DNA of 64,000 nt from assembly GCF_988242995.1 (NCBI RefSeq), contig NZ_OZ547043.1. The stretch is one strand, 5' to 3'. The notes under the pieces are model-generated. The model saw only the letters and a program-made list of their open reading frames with translations, ran no database searches and was not told the origin of the DNA. Numbering within the stretch: the stretch's first letter is position 1; the number at the start of each line of letters is the position of its first letter. Both the position numbers and the translations under genes were made by a program. Positions 1 to 11,166 of this stretch are shown one piece after another.

Positions 1-452
1 CGTTTAAGGAGGTTTCAGCAGTAAGCCTGAATGGTGTTGCCGGAGGTAACGGTTTTTGTATCGACAGTTTTGATATTCAGTTCGATAACAAACTCCAGAC
101 ACAGCGTTGTATCGGGACTGGCTCGCCTTATGCAGGAGCAAATATTCCGACTACTTTTACACCGTCCGGTACGGTGACGCTTTCATGGTCTAAAGCCGCG
201 TGGGAAATCTGGAGTAAAACACTGACTGGAGAAACAGTTCCGTTCAGCTTCACGCTTTCGAATGGAGAGGGGGCATACACTTTCAGTTTCCCGAAGGTTC
301 AGGTGTCAGGTGAATGGCCTGATGGGGGTAATAGCGACATTATCCAGGTTCAATTGAGCATTACCGCAGCAGATGAAGCACCTACGATAACCAGAAAAAA
401 AAATTCCCCGGCTGCCGTGATCGCAAAAGCCAGTGCTGAGGCGATTAGTTGA
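1..452 (+). CDS. Phage major tail protein (lambda V-like), 3' fragment; the gene starts upstream of the window
   Basis: Reading frame is open from position 3 to the stop at 450-452; it sits immediately upstream of the G/GT-H-M-L-K-I-J block, as V does in lambda. Identity inferred from position only. Confidence 0.45.
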   Translation, partial: FKEVSAVSLNGVAGGNGFCIDSFDIQFDNKLQTQRCIGTGSPYAGANIPTTFTPSGTVTLSWSKAAWEIWSKTLTGETVPFSFTLSNGEGAYTFSFPKVQVSGEWPDGGNSDIIQVQLSITAADEAPTITRKKNSPAAVIAKASAEAIS

Positions 453-500
453 TTTTCCGTTATTCCTCCTGTGGTACTGCCCTACAGGGGGACGCATTGA

Positions 501-962
501 ATGAGGTTATGGATGTTTATTCTTAATCAGAAAATTATCATTGGTGGAGAACGCTGGTTTACGCCAATGAAGGACTTAAAACCTGTAGACGGGTTAAAAC
601 TGTTGGTGGTAAGCAGCGATAACGATCAGTATCGCTCCCGTAATGCATTAATCCGTCGCCACATTGAGAAAATGGATGCCAGTTTGCACGTCGGAACGAA
701 GGAGTTTGATATTTCAAAGGTTTCCGAGGTGGATTCTGTTGATGATTTACTCATTGATAATGCCGCTCGTTATCTGCTGAAAGACTGGAAAGGGGTTGGT
801 GAACTGGTTAATGGTGTTGAGGTTGCACTGGAATATACGGCAGAACGAGGGATCGCGCTGCTTAAGCAGAATCCAGAGTTGTACTGGCAGATCCTTGCAG
901 AAGCAGCCAGCATCGCCCAGGGTAAAGAGCAGCAGAAGCAGGATACGATAAAAAAGCCATAG
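501..962 (+). CDS. Tail assembly chaperone (lambda G-like)
   Basis: 153-aa ORF directly upstream of the tape measure gene; it ends just after an in-frame A_AAA_AAG slippery heptamer, and the -1 frame continues open into the next ORF (G/GT architecture). Confidence 0.6.
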   Translation: MRLWMFILNQKIIIGGERWFTPMKDLKPVDGLKLLVVSSDNDQYRSRNALIRRHIEKMDASLHVGTKEFDISKVSEVDSVDDLLIDNAARYLLKDWKGVGELVNGVEVALEYTAERGIALLKQNPELYWQILAEAASIAQGKEQQKQDTIKKP

Positions 963-1270
963 CTGCCCAGCGGTGGTTATCGGAGTTCGGGGGAGAAAGG
1001 GGGGAAAAGGCAAGATGGAAGCGAGAAAAACTCAGGTTGCCACCGATACCGGAACCAGAAATAGACCCGGTGCTTAAGGAGTTGTTGTACGCCTATTCGG
1101 TAATATCCCGTGCCCGACGTTATGCTGGAATGGCTGGGGTGCCTTTGCCTTTATCTCTGACAGAGATAAATGAATATTTAGCCACTCATCCGGTATTGAT
1201 TGAGCGCGATGAATTTGAAGCAGTGATCTTTGCACTGGATGACCAGTATTTTCAGGAGCAGTGTGTGTAG
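501..1270 (+). CDS. Tail assembly chaperone GT fusion, predicted product of a programmed -1 ribosomal frameshift
   Basis: The -1 frame is open from 956 through the 77-aa ORF 1037-1270 (which the track starts at TTG); I checked codon by codon for stops between 956 and 1037 and found none. Confidence 0.45.
950..956 (+). other. Putative -1 frameshift slippery heptamer A_AAA_AAG
   Basis: Codons ata-aaa-aag sit in the G frame at 948-956, three codons before the G stop; the heptamer is the same type as the dnaX frameshift site. Confidence 0.5.
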
Positions 1271-1390
1271 TTGTTAATTACGTACACTCTGTTACAGAGA
1301 TGTGATTGTGTCTTTAATTAAATCGATGATGCTCCTGGAGAAAAGCATTGCGTGGCCTCGTAATCGCTATATCTACTATTATGTCGCCTG

Positions 1391-1416
1391 AAACCCACTT
1401 CGCGGTGGGTTTTTTG
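1391..1416 (+). terminator. Terminator-like hairpin plus T-tract about 20 nt upstream of the tape measure start
   Basis: aacccac-ttcgcg-gtgggtt stem-loop followed by TTTTTTG; an AGGAG ribosome-binding site follows before the ATG at 1436. Confidence 0.35.
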
Positions 1417-1435
1417 TTGTCAGGAGTTTTAATAA

Positions 1436-4400
1436 ATGGCAGAGCAAACCTCGCGTCTCGCAATAATTATTGATAGCACTGGAGCGAAAAATAATGCTGA
1501 CAATCTGACCTCCTCATTAGTCAAAATGACGCAGGCTGGGGAAACTGCTGCAAATAGCGCAGGGAAAGTGACTAAGGCAACAGAAGATGAGAAGAACGCG
1601 CTCGCAAAATTAAAAGCAGCTATTGATCCAGTTGGTGCCGCAATTGATACTGTCGGTCGACGCTATTCTGAATTAAAGAAATTTTTCGATAAAGGGCTTA
1701 TTGATAAAGAAGAATATGAATTTCTTGTCCGTAAACTTAATGAAACCACAGAGGAATTGAGCGGGGTTGCGCAAGCGCAGAGAGAAGCCGAGAAGGCCGG
1801 AAAACTTGCTGCCGCCCAGCAGGAAGCGCAGGCTCAGGCCTTTCAAAGAATGCTGGACAAGATCGACCCTCTGGCTGCGGCGCTAAGAAATCTTGAACAA
1901 CAGCATGATGAACTTAATGCTGCGTTTGCATCCGGGAAAATAAATGGTTCTCAGTTTGAGAATTATAGCCGAAAAATACAGGAAACACGGCGAGAGCTTA
2001 CCGGAGAGGCTCAGGCAGAGCGAGAAGCAGCAAAAGCGCATGATGAACAGGTTGTTGCTTTGCAACGTCTGATTGCTCAACTTGATCCTGTCGGAACTGC
2101 TTTTAATCGTCTGGTAGAACAACAGAAACAGCTCAATGAAGCAAAAGCTAAGGGGATGCTTTCTCCTGAAATGTATGAGGAGCTTTCTGGAAAACTTCGT
2201 GCTATGCGGAGTGAGCTTGAGGTTACTCAATCACAATTAAGCAAAACCGGAATGTCGGCAAAACAAACGGCTTTTGCTATGCGCATGTTGCCTGCACAAA
2301 TGACGGATATTGTTGTTGGGTTGTCCACTGGTCAGTCGCCATTTATGGTGTTAATGCAGCAGGGCGGCCAGCTAAAAGATATGTTCGGTGGGATTGGCCC
2401 GGCGATCAAAGGTGTAGGTTCTTATGTGCTGGGATTAATTAATCCTTTTACCCTGGCCGCAGCAGCCGTTGGGGTCTTAGGACTGGCTTACTATAAAGGC
2501 TCTCAGGAGCAGGACGAATTTAATAAATCTCTTATTCTTACCGGAAATCAGTTGGGGACAACCAGCGGGCAATTGGGCGATATAGCTCAACGTGCCGGGA
2601 ATGCGGCTGATTCGACAACTGGTGCTGCGGCGGCAGTATTAAATCAGCTTGTGCGTTCGGGAAAGGTAGCGAGCAGTTCGCTGGAGCAAGTGACGACAGC
2701 GATAGTAAAAACGAGCGAAGTAACAGGAATATCAACCGAACAACTGGTTAATGACTTCAATGAAATTGCAAAGGATCCTGTCAGTGCCATATCAAAACTT
2801 AATGATCAGTACCATTTTCTGACACTTGCGACTTATAACCAGATTAAGGCGCTACAGGATGAAGGGAACCAGCAGGAGGCCGCCCGCATTGCGACAGAAG
2901 AATACTCATCCTCAATGATCCAGCGCACCAACCAGATTAAAGAAAATCTTGGTTATCTTGAGACTGCATGGAAAGCTGTCGCAGACTCCGCAAAATGGGC
3001 ATGGGATTCCATGCTGGATATTGGCCGTGAGGCCTCCCTTGATCAAAAAATCTCAGATGTTCTCCGTCAAATTGATGAAATAGAAAAAAATACCCGACCC
3101 GGAGTTTTCGGGTTAGGTGGCATTGGAGATGGCGGAGCTCAAAATAAAAGGCTGGCACGATTAAAGCAGCAATTGGGCGTACTTCAAGCAGAAAAAATTG
3201 CTCAGGACGTACTAAATTCATCAATAAACGATTACAACAAGCGACAACAGGAAGGAATTGAACTCAGACAGAGAGCAGATGCCTTTTCAAAACAATATCA
3301 GACCCGGGAGCAGCAGAGAGCTAGTGAACTTGCAAAACTGGAAAAGCTAAAGAATCAGTATTCAAAGGAAGAATATAATAATCTTATCGCTCAAATAAAT
3401 GAGCGTTATAAAGATCCAAAGCAACCAAAGGCGAAAGGTTATTCTGATGATGCAGCCCAACGAATGATTGATCATCTGAATCAACAGAATGCGTTACTAA
3501 GTTCACAAGCTGAGTTGACCGTTAAATTAAGTTCCTCTGAACAGGAACTGGTTAAGTGGCGTCAGCGGATTGCCGACCTAGAGTCACGACCATCATCGAA
3601 ATTAACCCAGGATCAGAAATCGCTTCTCTTACACCGGGAAGAAATAACCGCGTTGATGGAGAAAAATGTTGCGATTGAAAAGAATAACAGGCTAATCAAG
3701 GAATCCGCCGAAATAACAGCATGGCGTGATTCATTGCAGGCTTCGATTGATAATCGTCAGCAGGGGTATGATATTCAGATTGCTGGTTATGGGGTTGGCG
3801 ATAAAAATCAGCAACGCCAGCAGGAATTACTGCGGATTGAACATGGATATAACAATCAGCGTCTGCAACTTGAACGTGACTATGCAGATAAATCCCGTGG
3901 AATGTCAGATCATGTTTTTCAAGAGAAAATGCAGGCTCTGAATGATGCTCTGGAACGGGAAAAAGAAATTGTCAGACAGAAAAACGAGCAGCTCGATATT
4001 CAGGCAGGAGACTGGGTTAGTGGTGCCTCCCAGGGATTCAATAACTGGCTGGATGACACTAAGGATATCAGTGAGCAGATAAAATCAACCACGACTCAGA
4101 TGTTTGATGGGATGACCGATGCGCTGGGTGATTTTGTCACGACAGGCAAGGCAAATTTTCGTTCTTTCGCTACTTCCGTGATTTCGGATCTTAGTCGAAT
4201 AGCATTAAAGGCTTCAATTACTGGGATTTTCGACAGCATTAGTAACAGTTCTTCTGGGGGGATTTTAGGAACTATCGGGAGTGCTATTAGTAAATTTATT
4301 CCGAATGCAAAGGGCGGTGTTTATGAGTCTCCGTCATTGAGCACGTATTCGAACGGTATTTATGATTCCCCGCAATTTTTTGCTTTTGCAAAAGGGGCTG

Positions 4401-4669
4401 GTGTTTTTGGTGAGGCTGGACCGGAAGCCATTATGCCATTAACACGAACTTCCGATGGTTCTCTTGGTGTCAGAGCTATTAATAGTAAAAGTGGTAATGG
4501 AGGCGGAGATATTACCTATGCCCCTGTATACCAAATCACTATTCAAAATGACGGCCAGAATGGAGAGATTGGCCCTCAGGCAATAAAAGCACTTATGGGG
4601 ATGGTTGATCAGCGGGTGCAGGGCACTCTGTTAAATATGCGACGTGATGGGGGAATGTTAAGTGGCTAA
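1436..4669 (+). CDS. Phage tail tape measure protein (lambda H-like)
   Basis: 1077-aa ORF, coiled-coil-rich N-terminal half and Gly-rich C-terminal part; sits between G/GT and M. Confidence 0.85.
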
Positions 4670-5000
4670 TACGGAAGAATTTCACTGGTTACCAGAGGAT
4701 GGAATGAAAACAGAAAATAAACCATCGATAAAAACTGTAAGATTTGGCGATGGTTATGAGCAACGAAGTCCAAATGGACTTAATCATTCTCTGCGCGTTT
4801 TCACCTGTGATTTCAAAGTTGAGGCGAATGAACGTGATTCATTTGAAAAATTTTTAGCCCGGCATGAAGGCTATAAATCTTTTTTTTGGCGCCCGCCGGG
4901 TATTAACAGAAAAATCAGAGTGGTGTGTCGAACGTGGTCAGCGACAGAACATATCACCTATACCGATTTTTCGTGTCAGTTTGACGAAGTGGTGATCTGA
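4662..5000 (+). CDS. Minor tail protein M
   Basis: 112 aa; [10 protein letters not shown]...KSFFWRPP motifs resemble lambda gpM as I recall it; overlaps the H stop. Confidence 0.85.
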
Positions 5001-5698
5001 TGCAGGACATACAACAGGAAACACTGAATGAATGCATTCGGGCGGAGCAGTCGGCCAGCGTGGTGCTCTGGGAAATCGACCTGACAGAGGTTGGCGGGGA
5101 TCGCTACTTTTTCTGCAATGAGCAGAATGAAAAAGGTGAGTCTGTCACCTGGCAGAGTCGGCAGTATCAGGCCTATCCCATTCAGGGGAGTGGATTTGAG
5201 ATGAACGGCAAAGGTGCCAGTGCAAGGCCAACACTGAAAGTATCTAACCTGCACGGCATGGTCACCGGGATGGTGGAGGATTTACAGAGTCTGGTCGGCG
5301 GAACAGTCGTCCGGCGTAAGGTCTACGCCCGTTTTCTGGATGCGGTGAACTTCGTCAACGGAAACAGAGACGCCGATCCGGAGCAGGAGGTGATCAGCCG
5401 CTGGCGCATTGAGCAGTGCAGCGAACTGAGCGCGGTGAGTGCCTCTTTTGTACTGTCCACGCCGACGGAAACGGACGGCGCTGTTTTTCCGGGACGTATC
5501 ATGCTGGCCAACACCTGCACCTGGACCTATCGCGGCGATGAGTGCGGTTATCACGGTCCGGCGGTCGCGGATGAATATGACCAGCCAACGTCCGATATCA
5601 CGAAGGATAAATGCAGCAAATGCCTGAGCGGTTGTAAGTTCCGCAATAACGTCGGCAACTTTGGCGGCTTCCTTTCCATTAACAAACTTTCGCAGTAA
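5000..5698 (+). CDS. Minor tail protein L
   Basis: 232 aa, lambda gpL-like with a Cys-rich C-terminus (CTWTYRGDECGY...CSKCLSGCKF); start overlaps the M stop. Confidence 0.85.
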   Translation: MQDIQQETLNECIRAEQSASVVLWEIDLTEVGGDRYFFCNEQNEKGESVTWQSRQYQAYPIQGSGFEMNGKGASARPTLKVSNLHGMVTGMVEDLQSLVGGTVVRRKVYARFLDAVNFVNGNRDADPEQEVISRWRIEQCSELSAVSASFVLSTPTETDGAVFPGRIMLANTCTWTYRGDECGYHGPAVADEYDQPTSDITKDKCSKCLSGCKFRNNVGNFGGFLSINKLSQ

Positions 5699-5702
5699 TC
5701 CC

Positions 5703-6446
5703 ATGACAGAGACAGAATCAGCGATTCTGGCGCACGCCCGGCGATGTGCGCCAGCGGAGTCGTGCGGCTTCGTGGTAAGCACGCCGGAGGGGGAAAGATA
5801 TTTCCCCTGCGTGAATATCTCCGGTGAGCCGGAGGCGTATTTCCGTATGTCGCCGGAAGACTGGCTGCAGGCAGAAATGCAGGGTGAGATTGTGGCGCTG
5901 GTCCACAGCCACCCCGGTGGTCTGCCCTGGCTGAGTGAGGCCGACCGGCGGCTGCAGGTGCAGAGTGATTTGCCGTGGTGGCTGGTCTGCCGGGGGGCGA
6001 TTCATAAGTTCCGCTGTGTGCCGCATCTCACCGGGCGGCGCTTTGAGCACGGGGTGACGGACTGTTACACGCTGTTCCGGGATGCTTATCATCTGGCGGG
6101 GATTGAGATGCCGGATTTTCATCGCGAGGATGACTGGTGGCGTCACGGTCAGAATCTCTATCTGGATAATCTGGAGGCCACAGGGCTGTATCAGGTGCCG
6201 TTGTCATCAGCACAACCGGGCGATGTGCTGCTGTGCTGTTTTGGTTCATCGGTGCCGAATCATGCCGCCATTTACTGTGGTGATGGCGAGCTGCTGCACC
6301 ATATTCCTGAACAACTGAGCAAACGAGAGAGGTATACCGACAAATGGCAGCGACGCACACACTCCCTCTGGCGTCACCGGGCATGGCGCGCATCTGCCTT
6401 TACGGGGATTTACAACGATTTGGTCGCCGCATCGACCTTCGTGTGA
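5703..6446 (+). CDS. Tail assembly protein K (NlpC/P60-JAB-like)
   Basis: Start chosen at the internal ATG (MTETESAILAHARRCAPAESCGF...), in frame with the track ORF 5661-6446 (track start is TTG); contains an HSHPGG motif. Confidence 0.8.
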   Translation: MTETESAILAHARRCAPAESCGFVVSTPEGERYFPCVNISGEPEAYFRMSPEDWLQAEMQGEIVALVHSHPGGLPWLSEADRRLQVQSDLPWWLVCRGAIHKFRCVPHLTGRRFEHGVTDCYTLFRDAYHLAGIEMPDFHREDDWWRHGQNLYLDNLEATGLYQVPLSSAQPGDVLLCCFGSSVPNHAAIYCGDGELLHHIPEQLSKRERYTDKWQRRTHSLWRHRAWRASAFTGIYNDLVAASTFV

Positions 6447-6985
6447 AAACGGGGGCTGAAGCCATCCGGGCGCTGGCCACACAGCTCCCGGCGTTTCGTC
6501 AGAAACTGAGCGACGGCTGGTATCAGGTACGGATTGCCGGGCGTGATACAGGTGAAACGGAATTATCAGCCCGTCTTAATGAACCGCTGGCAAATGGTGC
6601 TGTGATCCATATCGTGCCGCGTCTGGCAGGAGCCAAAAGTGGCGGTGTGTTTCAGGCTGTGCTGGGGGCGGCTGTTATGGCGGTTGCTATATGGATGCCG
6701 GGGGTAGGAATTATGGCGAGTAATCTGCTGTTTTCTCTCGGTGCCAGTATGACGCTTGGCGGTGTTGCACAGATGCTGGCCCCTAAACCCAAAACCCCCC
6801 GCACACAGACAACGGATAACGGCAAACAGAACACCTATTTTTCTTCACTGGATAATATGGTTGCCCAGGGCAATGTTCTGCCCGTTCTGTACGGTGAAAT
6901 GCGCGTGGGATCACGTGTGGTATCTCAGGAGATCAGCACAGCAGATGAAGGTGATGGTGGTCAGGTTGTGGTGATTGGTCGCTGA
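6344..6985 (+). CDS. Tail assembly protein I
   Basis: 213 aa starting MAATHTLPLASPGMARICLYGDLQRFGRR, lambda gpI-like; overlaps the end of K as in lambda. Confidence 0.85.
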   Translation: MAATHTLPLASPGMARICLYGDLQRFGRRIDLRVKTGAEAIRALATQLPAFRQKLSDGWYQVRIAGRDTGETELSARLNEPLANGAVIHIVPRLAGAKSGGVFQAVLGAAVMAVAIWMPGVGIMASNLLFSLGASMTLGGVAQMLAPKPKTPRTQTTDNGKQNTYFSSLDNMVAQGNVLPVLYGEMRVGSRVVSQEISTADEGDGGQVVVIGR

Positions 6986-7004
6986 TGAAAAACGTTTTAT
7001 GTGA

Positions 7005-7030
7005 AACCGCCTCCGGGCGGTTTTATCGTT
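7005..7030 (+). terminator. Terminator-like hairpin between I and J
   Basis: aaccgcc-tccg-ggcggtt stem-loop followed by a T-rich run, 16-40 nt upstream of the J start. Confidence 0.3.
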
Positions 7031-7045
7031 TATGGAGCATGACGA

Positions 7046-10000
7046 ATGGGTAAAGGCAGCAGTAAGGGGCATACCCCGCGCGAAGCGAAGGACAACCTGA
7101 AGTCCACGCAGCTGCTGAGTGTGATCGATGCCATCAGCGAAGGGCCGGTTGAAGGTCCGGTGGATGGATTAAAAAGCGTGCTGCTGAACAGTACGCCGGT
7201 GCTGGACAGTGAGGGGAATACCAATATATCCGGCGTCACGGTGGTGTTCCGGGCCGGTGAGCAGGAGCAGACTCCGCCGGAGGGATTTGAATCCTCCGGT
7301 TCCGAGACGGTGCTGGGTACGGAAGTGAAATATGACACGCCGATCACCCGCACCATCACGTCGGCAAACATCGACCGTCTGCGCTTTACCTTCGGTGTGC
7401 AGGCACTGGTGGAAACCACCTCAAAGGGGGACAGGAATCCATCGGAAGTCCGCCTGCTGGTTCAGATACAACGTAACGGTGGCTGGGTGACGGAAAAAGA
7501 CATCACCATTAAGGGTAAAACCACCTCGCAGTATCTGGCCTCAGTGGTGGTGGATAACCTGCCGCCGCGCCCGTTTAATATCCGGATGCGCAGGATGACG
7601 CCGGACAGCACCACAGACCAGCTGCAGAACAAAACGCTCTGGTCGTCATACACCGAAATCATCGATGTGAAACAGTGCTACCCGAACACGGCACTGGTCG
7701 GCGTGCAGGTGGACTCGGAGCAGTTCGGCAGCCAGCAGGTGAGCCGTAATTATCATCTGCGCGGGCGTATTCTGCAGGTGCCGTCGAACTATAACCCGCA
7801 GACGCGGCAATACAGCGGTATCTGGGACGGGACGTTTAAACCGGCATACAGCAACAACATGGCCTGGTGTCTGTGGGATATGCTGACCCATCCGCGCTAC
7901 GGCATGGGGAAGCGTCTCGGTGCGGCGGATGTGGACAAATGGGCGCTGTATGTCATCGGCCAGAATTGCGACCAGTCGGTGCCGGATGGCTTTGGTGGCA
8001 CGGAGCCTCGCATCACCTGTAATGCCTGGCTGACCACGCAGCGCAAGGCGTGGGATGTGCTCAGTGATTTCTGCTCGGCGATGCGCTGTATGCCGGTATG
8101 GAACGGGCAGACGCTGACGTTCGTGCAGGACCGGCCATCGGATAAGGTGTGGACCTATAACCGCAGTAATGTGGTGATGCCGGATGATGGCGCGCCGTTC
8201 CGCTACAGCTTCAGCGCCCTGAAGGACCGTCATAATGCCGTTGAGGTGAACTGGATTGACCCGAATAACGGCTGGGAGACGGCGACAGAGCTTGTGGAGG
8301 ACACGCAGGCCATTGCCCGTTACGGTCGTAACGTCACGAAGATGGATGCCTTTGGCTGTACCAGCCGGGGGCAGGCACACCGCGCCGGGCTGTGGCTGAT
8401 TAAAACAGAACTGCTGGAAACGCAGACCGTGGATTTCAGCGTCGGCGCAGAAGGGCTTCGCCATGTACCGGGTGATGTTATTGAAATCTGCGATGATGAC
8501 TATGCGGGGATCAGCATTGGCGGGCGCGTGCTGGCGGTGAACAGCCAGACCCGGACGCTGACGCTCGACCGTGAAATCACGCTGCCATCCTCCGGTACCA
8601 CGCTGATAAGCCTGGTTGACGGGCAGGGGAGTCCGGTCAGCGTGGAGGTTCAGTCCGTCACCGACGGCGTGAAGGTGAAAGTGAGTCGGGTTCCTGACGG
8701 CGTTGCCGGATACAGCGTGTGGGGGCTGAAGCTGCCGACGCTGCGCCAGCGCCTGTTCCGCTGTGTGAGTATCCGTGAGAACGATGACGGCACGTATGCC
8801 ATCACTGCCGTGCAGCATGTACCGGAAAAAGAAGCCATCGTGGATAACGGGGCGCACTTTGACGGCGACCAGAGCGGCACGGTGAATGGTGTCACGCCGC
8901 CAGCGGTGCAGCACCTGACCGCCGAAGTCACCGCAGACAGCGGGGAATACCAGGTGCTGGCGCGCTGGGATACGCCGAAGGTGGTGAAGGGCGTGAGCTT
9001 TATGCTTCGCCTGACCGTGGCAGCGGATGACGGCAGTGAGCGGCTGGTCAGCACGGCCCGGACGACGGAAACCACATACCGCTTCAGGCAGCTGGCTCTG
9101 GGAAATTACAGTCTGACAGTCCGGGCGGTAAATGCGTGGGGGCAGCAGGGCGATCCGGCGTCGGTATCGTTCCGGATTGCCGCACCGGCAGCGCCATCGC
9201 GGATTGAGCTGACGCCGGGCTATTTTCAGATAACCGCCACGCCGCATCTTGCGGTTTATGATCCGACGGTACAGTTTGAGTTCTGGTTCTCGGAAAATCG
9301 GATTGCGGATATCAGGCAGGTTGAAACCAGCGCGCGTTATCTTGGCACGGCGCTGTACTGGATAGCCGCCAGTATCAATATCAAACCGGGCCATGATTAT
9401 TATTTTTACGTTCGCAGTGTGAACACCGTCGGCAAATCGACATTCGTGGAGGCTGTCGGTCGGGCGAGCGATGATGCGGAAGGTTACCTGGATTTTTTCA
9501 AAGGCAAGATAACCGAATCTCATCTCGGCAAGGAGTTGCTGGAAAAAGTCGACCTGACGGAGGATAACGCCAGCAGACTGGATGAGTTTTCGAAAGAGTG
9601 GAAGGATGCCAACGATAAATGGAATGCCATGTGGGCTGTCAAAATTGAGCAGACCAAAGACGGCAAACATTATGTCGCGGGTATTGGCCTCAGCATGGAG
9701 GATACAGAGGAAGGCAAACTGAGTCAGTTTCTGGTTGCCGCCAATCGTATCGCGTTTATTGACCCGGCAAACGGGAATGAAACGCCGATGTTTGTGGCGC
9801 AGGGCAATCAGATATTCATGAACGAAGTGTTCCTGAAATATCTGACGGCTCCCACCATTACCAGCGGCGGTAATCCTCCGGCATTTTCCCTGACACCGGA
9901 CGGGCGGCTGACGGCGAAAAATGCCGATATCAGCGGTAACGTGAATGCGAACTCCGGGACGCTCAACAACGTCACGATTAACGAGAACTGCCGGGTTCTG

Positions 10001-10441
10001 GGAAAACTGTCCGCGAACCAGATTGAAGGCGATCTCGTTAAAACAGTGGGCAAAGCTTTCCCCCGTGACTCCCGGGCACCGGAGCGGTGGCCATCAGGGA
10101 CCATTACCGTCAGGGTTTATGACGATCAGCCGTTTGACCGGCAAATTGTTATTCCGGCGGTGGCATTCAGTGGCGCTAAGCATGAGAGAGAGCATACTGA
10201 TATTTACTCCTCATGCCGTCTGATAGTGCGGAAAAACGGTGCTGAAATTTATAACCGTACCGCGCTGGATAATACGCTGATTTACAGTGGCGTTATTGAT
10301 ATGCCTGCCGGTCACGGTCACATGACACTGGAGTTTTCGGTGTCAGCATGGCTGGTAAATGGCTGGTATCCCACAGCAAGTATCAGCGATTTGCTGGTTG
10401 TTGTGATGAAGAAAGCCACTGCAGGCATCACGATTAGCTGA
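7046..10441 (+). CDS. Host specificity protein J (central tail fibre / tip attachment protein)
   Basis: 1131-aa ORF; N-terminus [34 protein letters not shown] and most of the length are lambda J-like from memory; the last ~150 aa diverge. Confidence 0.9.
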   Translation: MGKGSSKGHTPREAKDNLKSTQLLSVIDAISEGPVEGPVDGLKSVLLNSTPVLDSEGNTNISGVTVVFRAGEQEQTPPEGFESSGSETVLGTEVKYDTPITRTITSANIDRLRFTFGVQALVETTSKGDRNPSEVRLLVQIQRNGGWVTEKDITIKGKTTSQYLASVVVDNLPPRPFNIRMRRMTPDSTTDQLQNKTLWSSYTEIIDVKQCYPNTALVGVQVDSEQFGSQQVSRNYHLRGRILQVPSNYNPQTRQYSGIWDGTFKPAYSNNMAWCLWDMLTHPRYGMGKRLGAADVDKWALYVIGQNCDQSVPDGFGGTEPRITCNAWLTTQRKAWDVLSDFCSAMRCMPVWNGQTLTFVQDRPSDKVWTYNRSNVVMPDDGAPFRYSFSALKDRHNAVEVNWIDPNNGWETATELVEDTQAIARYGRNVTKMDAFGCTSRGQAHRAGLWLIKTELLETQTVDFSVGAEGLRHVPGDVIEICDDDYAGISIGGRVLAVNSQTRTLTLDREITLPSSGTTLISLVDGQGSPVSVEVQSVTDGVKVKVSRVPDGVAGYSVWGLKLPTLRQRLFRCVSIRENDDGTYAITAVQHVPEKEAIVDNGAHFDGDQSGTVNGVTPPAVQHLTAEVTADSGEYQVLARWDTPKVVKGVSFMLRLTVAADDGSERLVSTARTTETTYRFRQLALGNYSLTVRAVNAWGQQGDPASVSFRIAAPAAPSRIELTPGYFQITATPHLAVYDPTVQFEFWFSENRIADIRQVETSARYLGTALYWIAASINIKPGHDYYFYVRSVNTVGKSTFVEAVGRASDDAEGYLDFFKGKITESHLGKELLEKVDLTEDNASRLDEFSKEWKDANDKWNAMWAVKIEQTKDGKHYVAGIGLSMEDTEEGKLSQFLVAANRIAFIDPANGNETPMFVAQGNQIFMNEVFLKYLTAPTITSGGNPPAFSLTPDGRLTAKNADISGNVNANSGTLNNVTINENCRVLGKLSANQIEGDLVKTVGKAFPRDSRAPERWPSGTITVRVYDDQPFDRQIVIPAVAFSGAKHEREHTDIYSSCRLIVRKNGAEIYNRTALDNTLIYSGVIDMPAGHGHMTLEFSVSAWLVNGWYPTASISDLLVVVMKKATAGITIS

Positions 10442-10460
10442 ATTTTATAACCCAGATACG

Positions 10461-10487
10461 GGCACCAGAAATGGTGCCTTTTTTATT
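10461..10487 (+). terminator. Intrinsic terminator downstream of J
   Basis: ggcacc-agaaat-ggtgcc hairpin followed by TTTTTTATT. Confidence 0.6.
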
Positions 10488-10508
10488 GCAGAAAAGCGAG
10501 AGGTAATT

Positions 10509-11108
10509 ATGCGTAAATTATGTGCTGTTATTCTGTCCGCAGTAGTCTGGCTGGTTGCCGCTGGTACGCCAGCGAGCGCAGCAGAGCATCAGTCCACACT
10601 AAGCGCCGGGTATCTTCAGACCCATACTGATATGCCAGGCAGTGATGACCTGAAGGGCATTAACGTGAAATACCGTTATGAATTTACGGACATGCTGGGG
10701 CTGGTGACGTCATTCAGTTATGCCAATGCCAAAGATGAGCAAAGAACGCATTACAGCGATACCCGCTGGCATGAAGATTCAGTGCGTAACCGCTGGTTCA
10801 GCATGATGGCGGGGCCATCTGTACGCGTGAATGAATGGTTCAGTGCTTATGCGATGGCAGGTGTGGCTTACAGCCGTGTTTCGACGTTCTCCGGGGATTA
10901 TCTCCGCGTAACTGACAACAAGGGGAAAACGCACGATGTGCTGACCGGAAGTGATGACGATCGCCACAGCAACACGTCTCTGGCGTGGGGAGCTGGCGTG
11001 CAGTTTAACCCGACCGAATCCGTGGCCATTGATATTGCTTATGAAGGCTCCGGCAGTGGCGACTGGCGCACTGACGGTTTCATCGTGGGTGTCGGTTATA
11101 AGTTCTGA
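10509..11108 (+). CDS. lom: Lom-like outer membrane beta-barrel protein (Ail/Lom/PagC family)
   Basis: 199 aa with a signal peptide and a C-terminal aromatic residue (…VGVGYKF); lambda lom position between J and stf; bracketed by terminator hairpins. Confidence 0.8.
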   Translation: MRKLCAVILSAVVWLVAAGTPASAAEHQSTLSAGYLQTHTDMPGSDDLKGINVKYRYEFTDMLGLVTSFSYANAKDEQRTHYSDTRWHEDSVRNRWFSMMAGPSVRVNEWFSAYAMAGVAYSRVSTFSGDYLRVTDNKGKTHDVLTGSDDDRHSNTSLAWGAGVQFNPTESVAIDIAYEGSGSGDWRTDGFIVGVGYKF

Positions 11109-11134
11109 TTAGCCAGGTAACACAGTGTTATGAC

Positions 11135-11162
11135 AGCCCGCCGGTTCAGGCGGGCTTTTTTG
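11135..11162 (+). terminator. Intrinsic terminator downstream of lom
   Basis: agcccgcc-ggttcag-gcgggct hairpin followed by TTTTTTG. Confidence 0.6.
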
Positions 11163-11166
11163 TGGA

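Noticed and set aside
1271-1435. 21-aa ORF (MMLLEKSIAWPRNRYIYYYVA) between T and H
   Set aside because: Too short, no ribosome-binding site, and it overlaps the hairpin; treated as noise.
7646-9670. 674-aa ORF antisense to J
   Set aside because: Lies wholly inside the well-supported J gene on the opposite strand; long antisense ORFs are expected in GC-rich, codon-biased genes, and it has no recognisable features or its own ribosome-binding site.
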